A stretch of 64,000 bases of DNA, taken from the NCBI RefSeq assembly GCF_041956535.1, contig NW_027192204.1:375140-439139 (forward strand), read 5' to 3'. The DNA comes from Calcarisporiella thermophila CBS 279.70 (lineage: Eukaryota > Fungi > Calcarisporiellomycota). Position 1 is the stretch's first letter, and each line of letters opens with the position of its first letter. The notes under the pieces were generated by a model that did not search any database, had not been told where the DNA came from, and was given only the letters and a program-made list of their open reading frames with translations. This document shows positions 23,344-34,720 of the stretch, piece after piece. A program made the position numbers and the translations under genes.

Positions 23344-25376
23344 ATGGTATGGCTTTGTTTTGGAATATTTTGTCGTCCGGCCTAGTTCTAATTATTGGAG
23401 GATGATCGCATTAGTCCAGAAATTCAGATCCGGAGGAATTCTACGTGAGACAGGATAGAATTGGAAAGGGATCGTTTGGTGAGGTGTATAAAGGGTGAGC
23501 ACACGAATGGGCGATCCCCGTGTTCCTGTCTTATCTATTGACTTGGCATCAAATCCATTTTTTTCAGATTTGACAAGCGGACACGCAAACCTGTCGCCAT
23601 CAAAATCATAGATTTAGAGAGTGCTGAAGATGAGATTGAGGATATCCAGCAGGAGATAGCTATTCTCGCTCAGTTAGACTCGCAATATATCACCAGGTGA
23701 ATGTTATCTGGAGGAGTTTCGTGTTTGCTTGGCCTCTTCATCTCATACTTGACAATATAGATACTATGGCGCATACCTGAAAGGATCCCACCTCTGGATT
23801 ATCATGGAGTACTGTTCTGGAGGATCGTGTTCGGATTTGGTATGTTGATTGGGGGTCGGAGGTTTTGCTTGGCCCTCTCTTTCTCTTTTTCAATGGAAGC
23901 ATCTTTTATCTAACCGCTTTCACGCTTCGTTGTCGGATCCTAGATGAAAGCTGGAACTTTCCGTGAGGAGTATATTGCCATCATTCTACGCGAGCTGCTT
24001 CGTGGGCTGCATTATCTGCACTCTGAGGGAAAACTGCATCGAGACATCAAGGCGGCCAACGTTCTGCTCAATTCAATGGGGGATGTCAAGCTGGCCGACT
24101 TTGGGGTGTCGGGCCAGATCACCGCCACTCTGACGAAAAAGAACACGTTCGTCGGGACGCCATTCTGGATGGCCCCTGAGGTGATCAAGCAGTCGGGCTA
24201 CGACCACAAGGCAGACATCTGGTCGCTAGGCATCACGGCCATCGAGATGGCACAAGGCGAACCCCCCTATGCCGATATGCATCCGATGAAGGTCCTGTTC
24301 TTGATCCCGAAAAATGCCCCCCCGCAACTCGAGGGGAACTTTTCGAAAAACTTCAAGGAGTTTGTCTCCCTGTGTCTACAACGGGATCCGGTGCTGCGGC
24401 CCTCCGCCAAAGAACTGCTGAAGCATCGTTTTATCAAGGGTGCCAAGAAGGTGTCCTATCTGACGGAGCTGATCGAACGGTATGACCGTTGGCGGGCCGA
24501 GGGCGGGCGACAGGACCACGACTCGGATGATGCTGAAGACGAGCGCGTGGAAGAGAATGGAGAGGGCGGCTGGGATTTCGGAACCATGCGTCCCGCGAAG
24601 CCTACGAGCCCTCTACCCCCGGTGCCAAAAGCAAACCACCCGCCCCCAACTCCGTATCGGGCAGAGGTGATGGTGGCGGGGGAGAAGCTTCGGCACGTGG
24701 GAGGCGAGCTGGCGAAAGCGGCCGAAGAGGATACAGGCTACGACGATGGCGAAGACGACGCGTATGGTACCACCAAAAGAGTACCCCTGCCTGCGGAAGC
24801 AGCTAGCAAGCCATCCTCTGTAAGGGTCATTGCCTTAAATTTTATTAACCTTTGGAAACGCTAACGCTTATCCCTGTGGATGTGTTCGTGTATTTCTCCA
24901 CCTACATGCATTAGAATTCACGTACGACCGATTCGGGGTATAATTCCAACACCAATAGCGGGAAAACTTTTCCTCGGCCGCCCTTATCGCAAGTGAAATC
25001 CTCAGCATGGGCGCAGTCTCCTTCGCAACTCTCCTCCCCTTCTCCTCAATTATACTCGCAAGCACCGGCGTCCCCTATCCCGCCCCAGCAGCAACTCGGT
25101 GCGGCATTTGCGGGCACGGGCTCGCCCGCCCACCATTCTTCCTCTTCGCAACAGAACACGGCGCGACGAACGAGCGTGCCCCCCGTCCCTGCCATGACCA
25201 CCCTGAAAACCTATCTGGAGCCTCCGCTTCAAGAGTTGCGCAGCAGCGCACCCACCGCGCAAGCCCAGCGTGCTCTTGACAGTCTGCGTGCAGCCTTTGA
25301 GGAGGCCGAGAGGGAGTACCCTGGTGTGTCGCGGCTATTTCTACGAAAGGTGAAGGAGAGGATGGAGAGCAACTGA
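23344..25376 (+). CDS. STE20-family GCKIII kinase (STK24/25, MST3-like)
   Basis: First coding exon is ATG only; [44 protein letters not shown]; C-terminal [14 protein letters not shown] resembling the GCKIII/PDCD10 dimerisation helix. Confidence 0.9.
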
Positions 25377-26309
25377 AAAGCGAGGAGGTGAAGCCGAAGC
25401 AAGCTATATCATGTTGTCCTGATTCCATTTGGTATGAGTCCCTCCCATGTTCATTATTTTTGATAGGTTTTTTTCCCTTCCATGTTCTATATTGACTCTT
25501 CATTTATTTTTTTCTTCCAACTCTCTCTCTACCTCTCTTTTCTTTTCTTGCTTTCCTCTCTCTCTCCCTCCCCCCCCCCAGAAATGCTACCCCGAGTCAA
25601 GTGTCATCTCTGTGAGCTTTTCCCTATTCCTATCTTTATGACCCTTTATTTGATAACACCTGAGAAGATTCACTCTTCCCTTCCAATGCATTATATAAAT
25701 TTCATTATTCCTTATTCCTTCGCATTGGACGAAGAGGAGGATGGAGGGTGACCCTGGATAACATACGCTCTTGGTCTTGGCAGCTGAAGGTTTGCCTCTT
25801 CCCACGATTGATAGGAAAAAGACAGGCCTTCCAAGAGAGTTTCATCAGCTTAAAGTTTCAGATTTCACTTGTATCCCAATCTTTCTGAATCCGGGGGGAG
25901 GGAACACAATAAAAGAAATTGGGTTTTCTTTATCCTTCCTCATTTTTATTTTCGAGATACCCATCCTGGTTTGGTTCGAGAAGAGACAAAGGGGGCAAAA
26001 GATTTCGCGATTAAAAAGAAAGCAAGGGAAAACGGCTTCTTTGTTCGCCAATCTTTGTATCCATTGATGTACGCGTTGATTGCTTGGATTCCATCTACTT
26101 TTTAATCTATTAAAATATAGATGGCCCATCTTTTCCCGCCTCTTTTACATCTGTGCATCTTTTAATCCCGTCGATGCTTTTCATCCTAACTTAATTTAAT
26201 CCAGCTCTATAAATATCGTGTACTATTTTTTTCTATATATCTTTGACACACATATATACTCTTATATTTAAATTCCTAGCGTGGATTAGATTCCCACCCA
26301 CAAGTGTCC

Positions 26310-27841
26310 ATGGTCGGCCCAAGCTCTACTCTCGCGCGCATTTTCACTAATACCTCCTCGTCGTCTGGCGCCTGCCCTCCCAGTGTCCAAGTGCGCCCCC
26401 ATGCAAACACGCTCCTTGTACAAAAGCTTAATCTCGCGAACCCTAAACCTTACTACCTCCCAGGACAATCGCTGACTGGCACTCTGTCACTCGAAGTGTT
26501 CAATGAGGAGGGCCTCGAGGTGTCATGGTGTAGAATTGGATTCAAGGGGCGTGCAAGCGTGGAATGTCCGCTCAAGGGTACTATTGCGTGCATCGGAGAT
26601 GATGTTAAATTAACCAAGGTTGTGCTGGAGGTCACGAGAACGTTAAGACGTGTCAGTCGGGAGGGTGCTGCTGGTGAAGGGCCGGGAGCGGCCAGCCGAC
26701 CCGGGGAGGCCCGAGGAAATGAGGGCGAAGGGACGCAGCCGCGGGAGAGTCAGAGCCGACAAGACAGACGGACAAGGAGTGCCCATCGTCGCCAATGGAT
26801 CCGGCTGAATCCCGGCCGGGTCTATACCGTCCCCTTCAGTCTCTACATCCCCGGCCGATTCACAATGCCGGGAAGCATGAACCTCTCCTGCCTAGACATC
26901 CGGTATGTGTGCGAGGCGTTGACCATCTATCGCCCCGCCTCGCGTCCTGCCGACGACCCTGCCGAGCAGGGGCCCGATGAGATCGCGGACACCTGGGAGG
27001 AGGAGGTGAAGAAGGTGGGGCGATGCATCGCCATGGTCGAGTTGCCTATTCGTATAGTCCCGCTCCTGTTTGTCAACGAAGAGTCGCTGTGCTGCCCTGT
27101 CATCTCTCCGCCGCAGTACGCGGTGTTGAGGCGGGGGTGGCTGCTGCACCAGCGAGGCACCAAGATCGAGGCTGCTGCGTTCCTCCCGCGGCGTGGGTTC
27201 ACCCCGGGCGAGATGCTCCGCGTATTAGTTCGCTTTCGGATCTGCGAGCAGAATGCGTCGGGGCCGTGCGGGTGGAACAACGTCACCGTCACCAGCATCC
27301 TGCGGCGCCATGTCATTGTGATGGAGGGCCTGAATGAGATCCTGGAGCGCGACAAAATTGCCATCGGGCAAGGCACGGGCAGCTTCTCGCTGTCTCAGGG
27401 GCAGCCGATCGAGGAGATCATCGTCTCGTGCCCGGTCAAACTCCCCGAAGACATCCCCCTGTCGGTTCTCTCGAGCATGACCCGTGGCCGAATCTCGGTG
27501 CAATACACCCTCTCCATTCTGGCGGTGGTGACCCCACGGGAGAGTGCCAAGGCCGGCGGGGTGAAGCTGAAGCTGGGTTTGCCCGTAGTGGTTGCCGGGG
27601 CCCGAATTTCAGGAGGAGAAGGAGCTATGAGGCTGATGCTGGAGAGCGAGAGGGGAGGGGGCGAGGAGGAGGGGGAGGAGGGGGAGAGCGATGCGGAGGA
27701 TTCAGAGGTGCGCCGGCTGCTCCCTCCCCCTCCGCGGCCGTCCCCATGGCCCAGGCCGCCGCTCCTCCCGACCTCCACTCGCGGCCTCCGCCGTATTTTG
27801 ATCTGGGGTCGGATTCCTTAGAGCCTCCACCATACATGTAA
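26310..27841 (+). CDS. Alpha-arrestin-like adaptor with C-terminal PPxY motifs
   Basis: YYLPGQSLTGTLSL, IGFKGRA, YTVPFSLYIP..MPGS, IRYVCEA, GFTPGEML, ISVQYTLSI, LPVVV (arrestin N and C folds). PPPY x2 lie in an alternative frame ending at 27841. Confidence 0.75.
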
Positions 27842-28317
27842 AACCGCATTAACTGTTTTAATATAATTCTCGCTTGATCCCATTTGGCAGCCAGAGGAGA
27901 GAGCTTTTTCATTAGCCTAACCCCCTTCCACAACCACTAACCCCCTTTGAACCGATTTTGTCATGGGTCCCACCGATATGGAAGAAAGGGGAAAAAAATT
28001 GCTGCGAATAGGCGGCGACAGATCATGGCTGATAAGCCTGTTCGGGAGGAAACCTCACCTATCACATGCAATTAAGATACCGCTGTATATGACGTTACCA
28101 TCGAACCCTTCCCACTTTGCGCACTGCGCGCTTTTTATTACCATCTAAACTATAGATAACCCAAATGTGGAAAAACAACTAATTTTGCAGCGTCTTCCTA
28201 TCCCGCTCCTCCTCATTTCAAACCTCTTGTCCTGCTTTTCTGCTCCATCCCCCATCCCCTCTCCTCCGCTCTCCCTCCCCCTGCCCCCTATTCTCCCTCC
28301 TGCCCAAAACCACAGCC

Positions 28318-30060
28318 ATGTCCATCAATTCAAGACTCTCATCCCACATTTGCAAATCTCAGCAATGGCACCGTCGCTCCACACACACCCTCCACAACCT
28401 CGACCGCAATCCACTAACTAAAGTAAGAGAAAATATTGACAAGCTAATGCTTTCATACGGGGGCGAAAAAAGAAGAGGAGAAGGAGAGGAGAGAGAAAGA
28501 AGAAGCAAAAGTGGAAGAAGGGAAAGCCCCCTAGGTAGAAGAGCATAGCTTCATGTATTTCTTCTTGCTTTTAGTACAATACTCAAGTGTGCGAGGATGG
28601 AACCCTGATAACCAGACTCCCCAATGGGGTGCGGGTAGCAACCGAGCCTTCCTCGGGCCATTTCTACTCACTGGGCATTTTTGCCGAGGCCGGCTCCCGC
28701 TACGAAACGGCGAGGACGCGGGGTGCGTCCCACATCCTGGATCGGCTTGCGTTCAAGGTGGGCTTCTCTTTATCTCTCCCCGTCTGCGGCTGCTTGGGCG
28801 CTTGTACTAATTTTTTCTCTCCGTCTCTGATAGAGTACAAAAACGAGGACACAGGCACAAATGCTGGAGGATTTGCGATGCATGGCCACCTGCACAAGCT
28901 CGCGGGAAGCCATTGTTTACCAATGCCGCATCTTCAAGCGAGACCTCCGCCGTATGCTTGGGCTGCTCTCGGAGGTGGTGCGGTATCCCCGTATCTCCCA
29001 CGAGGAGGTTATCGAGCAGCGCAAAACCGCCGCCTATGAGCTCCAGGCTCTGCACGCCCACCCAGACGCGGTGCTGCCCGACATGGTCCACGCGGCCGCG
29101 TTCAGGAACAACACCCTCGGAAACCCACTGCTGTGCTCGCCCGAGAAGCTGGCTGGGATGACGCGCGAGACCCTTCGGCACTATCGCGACACGTGGTTTA
29201 AGCCGGATCGGCTGGTGGTGGCTGCCGTCGGCCCTAGCCACGAAGACATGGTGCGCTTCACGGAGGAGTGCTTCGGAGACATGAAGGTCACCGCCTGGCC
29301 GGGCGACTCGCCCTCCGCCAAATCGCAGCCCTCCGCAAACTCGAATTTCCCATTTTTGAAGATGATGACCCGGGCCGCGTCGTCCTTCCTCCCCTCTCCC
29401 CCCTCGACCCCCCGGGAGATGGCGCGACAGCGCGCCAAGTACACGGGCGGACGCATCTTCACCGCGACCAACGACCCACTGACGCACATCCAGCTGGCCT
29501 TTGAGGGCGTGTCGGTGCGTCATGAGGACATCTACACCGCGGCCGTCCTGCAGGTCTTGCTGGGCGGCGGCGGGGCATTTTCGTCGGGGGGCCCCGGAAA
29601 GGGCGTGCACTCCCGCCTCTACAAACGGGTGCTGCAGCGGTATGGGTGGGTGCACACTTGCCACGCCTTCAACTACAGCTACTCTGACGCCGGGCTTTTT
29701 GGGATTGCGGCCAGCACCCAGCCCCGGAACGCCGCCTACCTCGTTGACGTCATCGCCCATGAGCTGAACCAGCTCTCCCAGCCGGGCGGGTTACCGCCGG
29801 ACGAAGTCGAGCGCGCCAAAACTCGCGTAGCCTCCGGGCTTGCAATGGGGCTGGAGTGCAGCTCGACGGGGGTGGAGGATCTGGGGCGGCAGGTGCAGAT
29901 CCTGGGACGCCGAGTTGGAGTCCAGCAGATGTTGGAGAAGATTGCGAGGGTGACGAGCGAGGATGTGATGCGTCTGGCTGGCCGACTCCTAAATGGTCCC
30001 GTCACCCTGGTTGGGATGGGCGCCCCGGAAGGCATCGAGCGACTGCAGCTTCTTACATAG
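28318..30060 (+). CDS. MAS2: Mitochondrial processing peptidase alpha subunit
   Basis: Basic N-terminal presequence; ITRLPNGVRVATE, AGSRYE, SHILDRLAF (degenerate HxxEH), glycine-rich loop LGGGGAFSSGGPGKGVHSRLY; two introns. Confidence 0.93.
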
Positions 30061-30617
30061 CCTGCGAGCAATCCCGGGATTCATGTTTCTTCAAGGCAAA
30101 CAAAACAAAAATATTTGACAGCAAACAGGCATATTTGTTATTTTTTTTTATTTTTTCTTTTACCTATTTCCTCATTTCACCCGCGGGTCGACCCAAAAGG
30201 ATACACTAGTAATTGTATTTTGTTTGCACTCTTGTATTTGTTCCTAACCTGTCATCAAAGCATCCATTTCCTTTTTTATTCTTACTATATTATATATATA
30301 TATATTCTGCTTCTCCCTATTATTCCTTTCTTTTTTCCAATGCCGGGCCTTCTCCTTATTTCTAACGAGAAGAGTAAATTTGTCTCTGCTTATTTTATCA
30401 TTAAAAAAGAACAAAGCAATTAATATATAACTAAAAGATGGGAATGAAAGAACACTAAGAAAAAAGAGAAGGTTCAAGGGAGAAATATATATATAAAAAA
30501 AAACAATGTTATCGAGATGTGGTAAAGAAAGAGCTAGGAAAAGCTTCGTGAATCAGATAAATCTGAAGTGGGAAGAATGAGTGAGGGTCGCTAACACCCG
30601 ATCTATGGTTTGCGAAT

Positions 30618-32079
30618 CTAAGCGAAAATGGAGAAGGCGGCCGCCACTGCCAGCGCCAACATGGCCTTGCCACTGACGGTGGAAGAGGCACCCGACACCT
30701 TGAAGGTGGAGCCACCGGGCGCAGAGCTAGGGTTGCCCGACTTCTGGCCGCCTGGAAGGGTGGTGTTGCCCTGGCCAAGCAGTTCGAGATATGGCGAGCC
30801 GTCGCCAATGCACTGAGGAACGGGCATCATCTGCAGTTTGTTCTGGATGGCGGCGGGCAAAATGTTTTGGATGGCGATTTGGACGGTCTGTGGGTAGAGG
30901 TCGTGCTCCAAGACGATGAAGCCGGTCTGCATCGACTGGATCTTGGGCAACCAGTTCGAGAAGTTGCCGATCACTTGCTGGGTCGTTACTTGCCCCGCGG
31001 GAATTTGCCAGTCTTGCGTGTCGAACCCGTCCGTCCAGATCACCGTCTTATAGCCGAGCTGTTTCATGATCGCACGCACGCGGTCGTCATAGTCGCCATA
31101 CGGCGGGCGCATGTAAACGGGCGTCACGCCAATGGTGTCTTTGATGGCCTTCTCCGTCCACTTGACCTCAGCGACGATCTGCTCGTTGGTGAGCGAGGTG
31201 AGAGGACTATGGGACCAGGTGTGGACGGCGATGTGATGGCCCTCCGCGTACTCTCTCCTCAGCACGTCCGGGTTTTGAATGACGCGCGAGCCAACGACAA
31301 ACATGGTGGATTTGATGTTGTTCTGCTTCAGATAGTCAAGCAGCTGCGGGGTATGAACGCTGGTTGGGGGGGGGGGGGAGAAAAGAGAAATTAAGGGATC
31401 TACATCTGACAGAAAAAAAAGCGGCTGCCACTTACGTTGGTCCGTCATCGTAACTATTCAACATGCACGTAAATGGATGCAATCAAACAAAGCACTCGTC
31501 AGCAATGCGCTTGACAATGGATTCAAAGAGAGGACACGAAAAAAGACACTTACGTTAAGCCCCATTGGGAGGTCTTTGGACAATATACAATGTCCTCGGG
31601 ACGAGTACACTTTTGGCACGTCCACCAGCATGCGTTGGGGTCTACCACCGAGTTCGCACATTCACCTAAGATGCAGAGCCAAAGAAAAGATGCATATTAA
31701 TCTAGGCCCGCAACCATACGTCGTATGCAGCTTGGATCGAATAATTACCATTTTTAGAGAGAGGGAGGGTGGGCACCTTGCTGAAATCAACCAATTTCAA
31801 CCACGCTTGCACCTCAGGACTATCTGTAGGCGGGACCTTATCCGGCGGCGGATAGCCCGCTACAGAGCCGGGCGGAAGGGCACCACCGGCGGGCGCGGAC
31901 GAGGCAGCAGGAGGAGCAGCGGAGGCAGCAGAGGAAGCAGCGGGCGCCGCAGCAGAAGAGGCGGGGCCCGATGGGGGCGCGGAAGCAGTCGCGGGGGCAA
32001 CTGCTTTGGCATCTTTCTTAGCGGCCAAGGTGCCGCTCACCAAGAGGAAGCAGGCAGCGAAGAAGGAAAGGTTCTTCAT
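30618..32079 (-). CDS. Chitin deacetylase (CE4/NodB), secreted, probably GPI-anchored
   Basis: Signal peptide, Ala/Pro/Ser linker, WGLTYDDGP, HTWSH, MRPPYGD, DTQDW, IVLEHD; hydrophobic C-terminal tail. Confidence 0.93.
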
Positions 32080-32568
32080 GTTCTGGGTTCTCTATGTTTA
32101 TGTCTATTTTATAGCTTTCGGAATGAGGGATATGGAATAAATACCGAGATGGGCGGAACAGATTGGAAAAGAATGGCAATTAGAACAATGAGATGAAGGG
32201 GAGGAAAAGCGAGGTCGGCCAAATGTATCTTTTCGTGGGTCCATCACGAAACAACCGGATTTATATTGCAATATACCTGCAGGCCTAAAAATACCCGCGA
32301 ACGGTATTGTGCAACAGGCTTCTTGGCGTGTTTAATTACAAATGGGAAAAACTTTTTCTCGTGCACTCATTTCGCACTATTTGTGATGATAGTGGAACGG
32401 GTCCACTGGAAATCCAGCATGGTTGGTGAGGGGATCATGGTTCAGAGCAGATTTCAGAATAGGGATCCCTTTTTATCGATTTACAAACACAAGCGTAAAC
32501 ACACACATAAAGTTGCTATTCATTATTCTATACTCGCCTCCTCCTCCTCACCGGCTCCGCCCCCCTCT

Positions 32569-34544
32569 TTAGTACTCGTCCCATCCGACCTTATCTAACC
32601 GCGACACCTTGGCCATGACCTCCTCCTCCATTCGGGCCGTGTACTCGATCATCTTCTGCTGATACTCGGGCACAAAAGAGCCTAGTAACCTAATGGCAAG
32701 CAGGGCCGCATTGGTGCTATTGTTGATTGCGACCGTCGCGACGGGTACCCCACGCTAAGCAATAAAAATACAAAAAGGTTAGGAAAAAGTGGGATCGCTT
32801 GGAAACAACAACAAATTAAATTCCATGGCACACTGGCCCAAAATAAGAATAGTCTCCGCCAAAGAAAAAGAGAACTACAGAAACAGGGGAGAGATAAAAA
32901 AAGAAATAAACACACAAGGAGCAAAAATAAATAAGATTGCAATCACAAACACAGCTAAAAGTCAAGTTAATACCAAAAAATTGGACCTACCGGCATCTGC
33001 ACTATACTATATAGAGAATCGATGCCATCTAAGCTGCTTAATTTGACCGGAACCCCTATGACAGGCAGAGGTGTCATGGCAGCCACCATTCCCGGGAGAT
33101 GAGCGGCGCCTCCCGCGCCCGCAATGATTGCCTTCAGCCCCCTCTGGTGGGCGGTGCGTGCGTAGTCCGCCATCCTCTGGGGTGTTCGATGCGCACTAAC
33201 GAGCGTCAGCTCAAAAGGCACACCAAAATCGCGGAGGATCTTCGCCCCGACTTTCATTACAGGTAGATCCGAATCCGATCCCATGATGATCCCCACCAGC
33301 GGATTCACTTTCATCTCGCGGTCGCCCTCTCCCATGGTGGAGAGGATGGGGCGCAAGCGCGAGTGGACCTCGGACATCGTTTGACCCACCACCGTGATAT
33401 GACCCATTTTACGGCCTGGTCGGCACTCACTTTTGCCATAGAGGTGGATGGTAGCACCATCGCAGAGCAGAGCCTCACTGCATGGGCGCAACGTCTCTTC
33501 CATGGTGGACTGCCCAAGGATATTGATCATGGCTGCCGCTGGGACCTTGAGCTCGGTGGAGCCGAGCGGGAGATCCAGGATGGCACGGAGATGATTTTCA
33601 TACTGCGAGGTATTGCATGCTTCTATGGTATAGTGGCCTGAGTTGTGGGGACGTGGGGCAATCTCATTCAAGAGGATAGAGCCTGTGGCGAAGAGGTGAT
33701 GGGGACAGATGGAATACACAATTATTCAAGTGCTATTTTACATCGGCATATTTGTATTGATCTTACCATCTTCCATAGCAAACATTTCCACCCCAAAAAC
33801 ACCGGCTCCAGTGAGCGTTTTCACGGCCTCCTCCGCGATCTCCTGTGCTTTTCTCCGCATCACGCCGTCGATTTGAGCAGGTGCAAACACCAAATGGCAA
33901 ATGTTGTTCTTGTGCACTGTCTCCACCACAGGATACGACTTGACTTCACCGTTTGCACGCCGTACCACCATGACCGCCAACTCACACTGGAACTTGGCCC
34001 ATTTTTCCGCGTACAGAGGGGTTTTCGATAGCGCCTGCAGAGCACGCTCGATGTCCTTCTCAGTCTGCACGGCAAAATTGCCGCGGCCATCGTATGCAAG
34101 TGTTTTGCTCTTTAGCATGAAAGGATACCCTAGTTTCTGACCGGCTAGTCTAATAGCTTCGACCGAACTTTCACACTCGACAAAGTCGGCTACAGGGATG
34201 CCGTGGCGTGTGAGGTGTTGCTTCTGCAAATACTTGTCTTGTATTAGCCGCACCGTCTCCGGACTCGGATGCACGACGCAGCCGATACCACTTAGCTCTG
34301 CAAGCACTTGCGCATTGACATGCTCAATCTCGATAGTCAGTACTTGTACTTGGGCAGCAAGCTCGCGGATTTTCTCCGGGTCCGTGAAATTCCCTACGAC
34401 ATGGTTCTGAGTAGATTCAATTTGCATGGCCGGGCTACCTTTGCTGTCGAGTACGGAAACACCGATGTTCAACCGAGATGCAGCCTCGATGAGCATGCGG
34501 CCCAGTTGTCCTCCTCCGAGGATGCCGACTTTTTTCTTGTCCAT
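32569..34544 (-). CDS. ADE2: Phosphoribosylaminoimidazole carboxylase (PurK-PurE fusion)
   Basis: [82 protein letters not shown]; two introns. Confidence 0.97.
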
Positions 34545-34720
34545 GATTAAAATGTCTAGAAAAACTAGGATATATTGAATGAAGATCAACAATAAATAAA
34601 TTTCAACGTCACATTTCGAGAATTGATGGGGTCGTATAGGTCGGAGTGCAAGGAAATACAAAAGTATAGAGGAAATATCGCGACTTGTTCCTTTAACATA
34701 CTTGTATATCTTTAATTAAC

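Noticed and set aside
32756-32990. Long last intron of ADE2 as a snoRNA host
   Set aside because: No clear C/D or H/ACA boxes with terminal stems; mostly T-rich low-complexity sequence.
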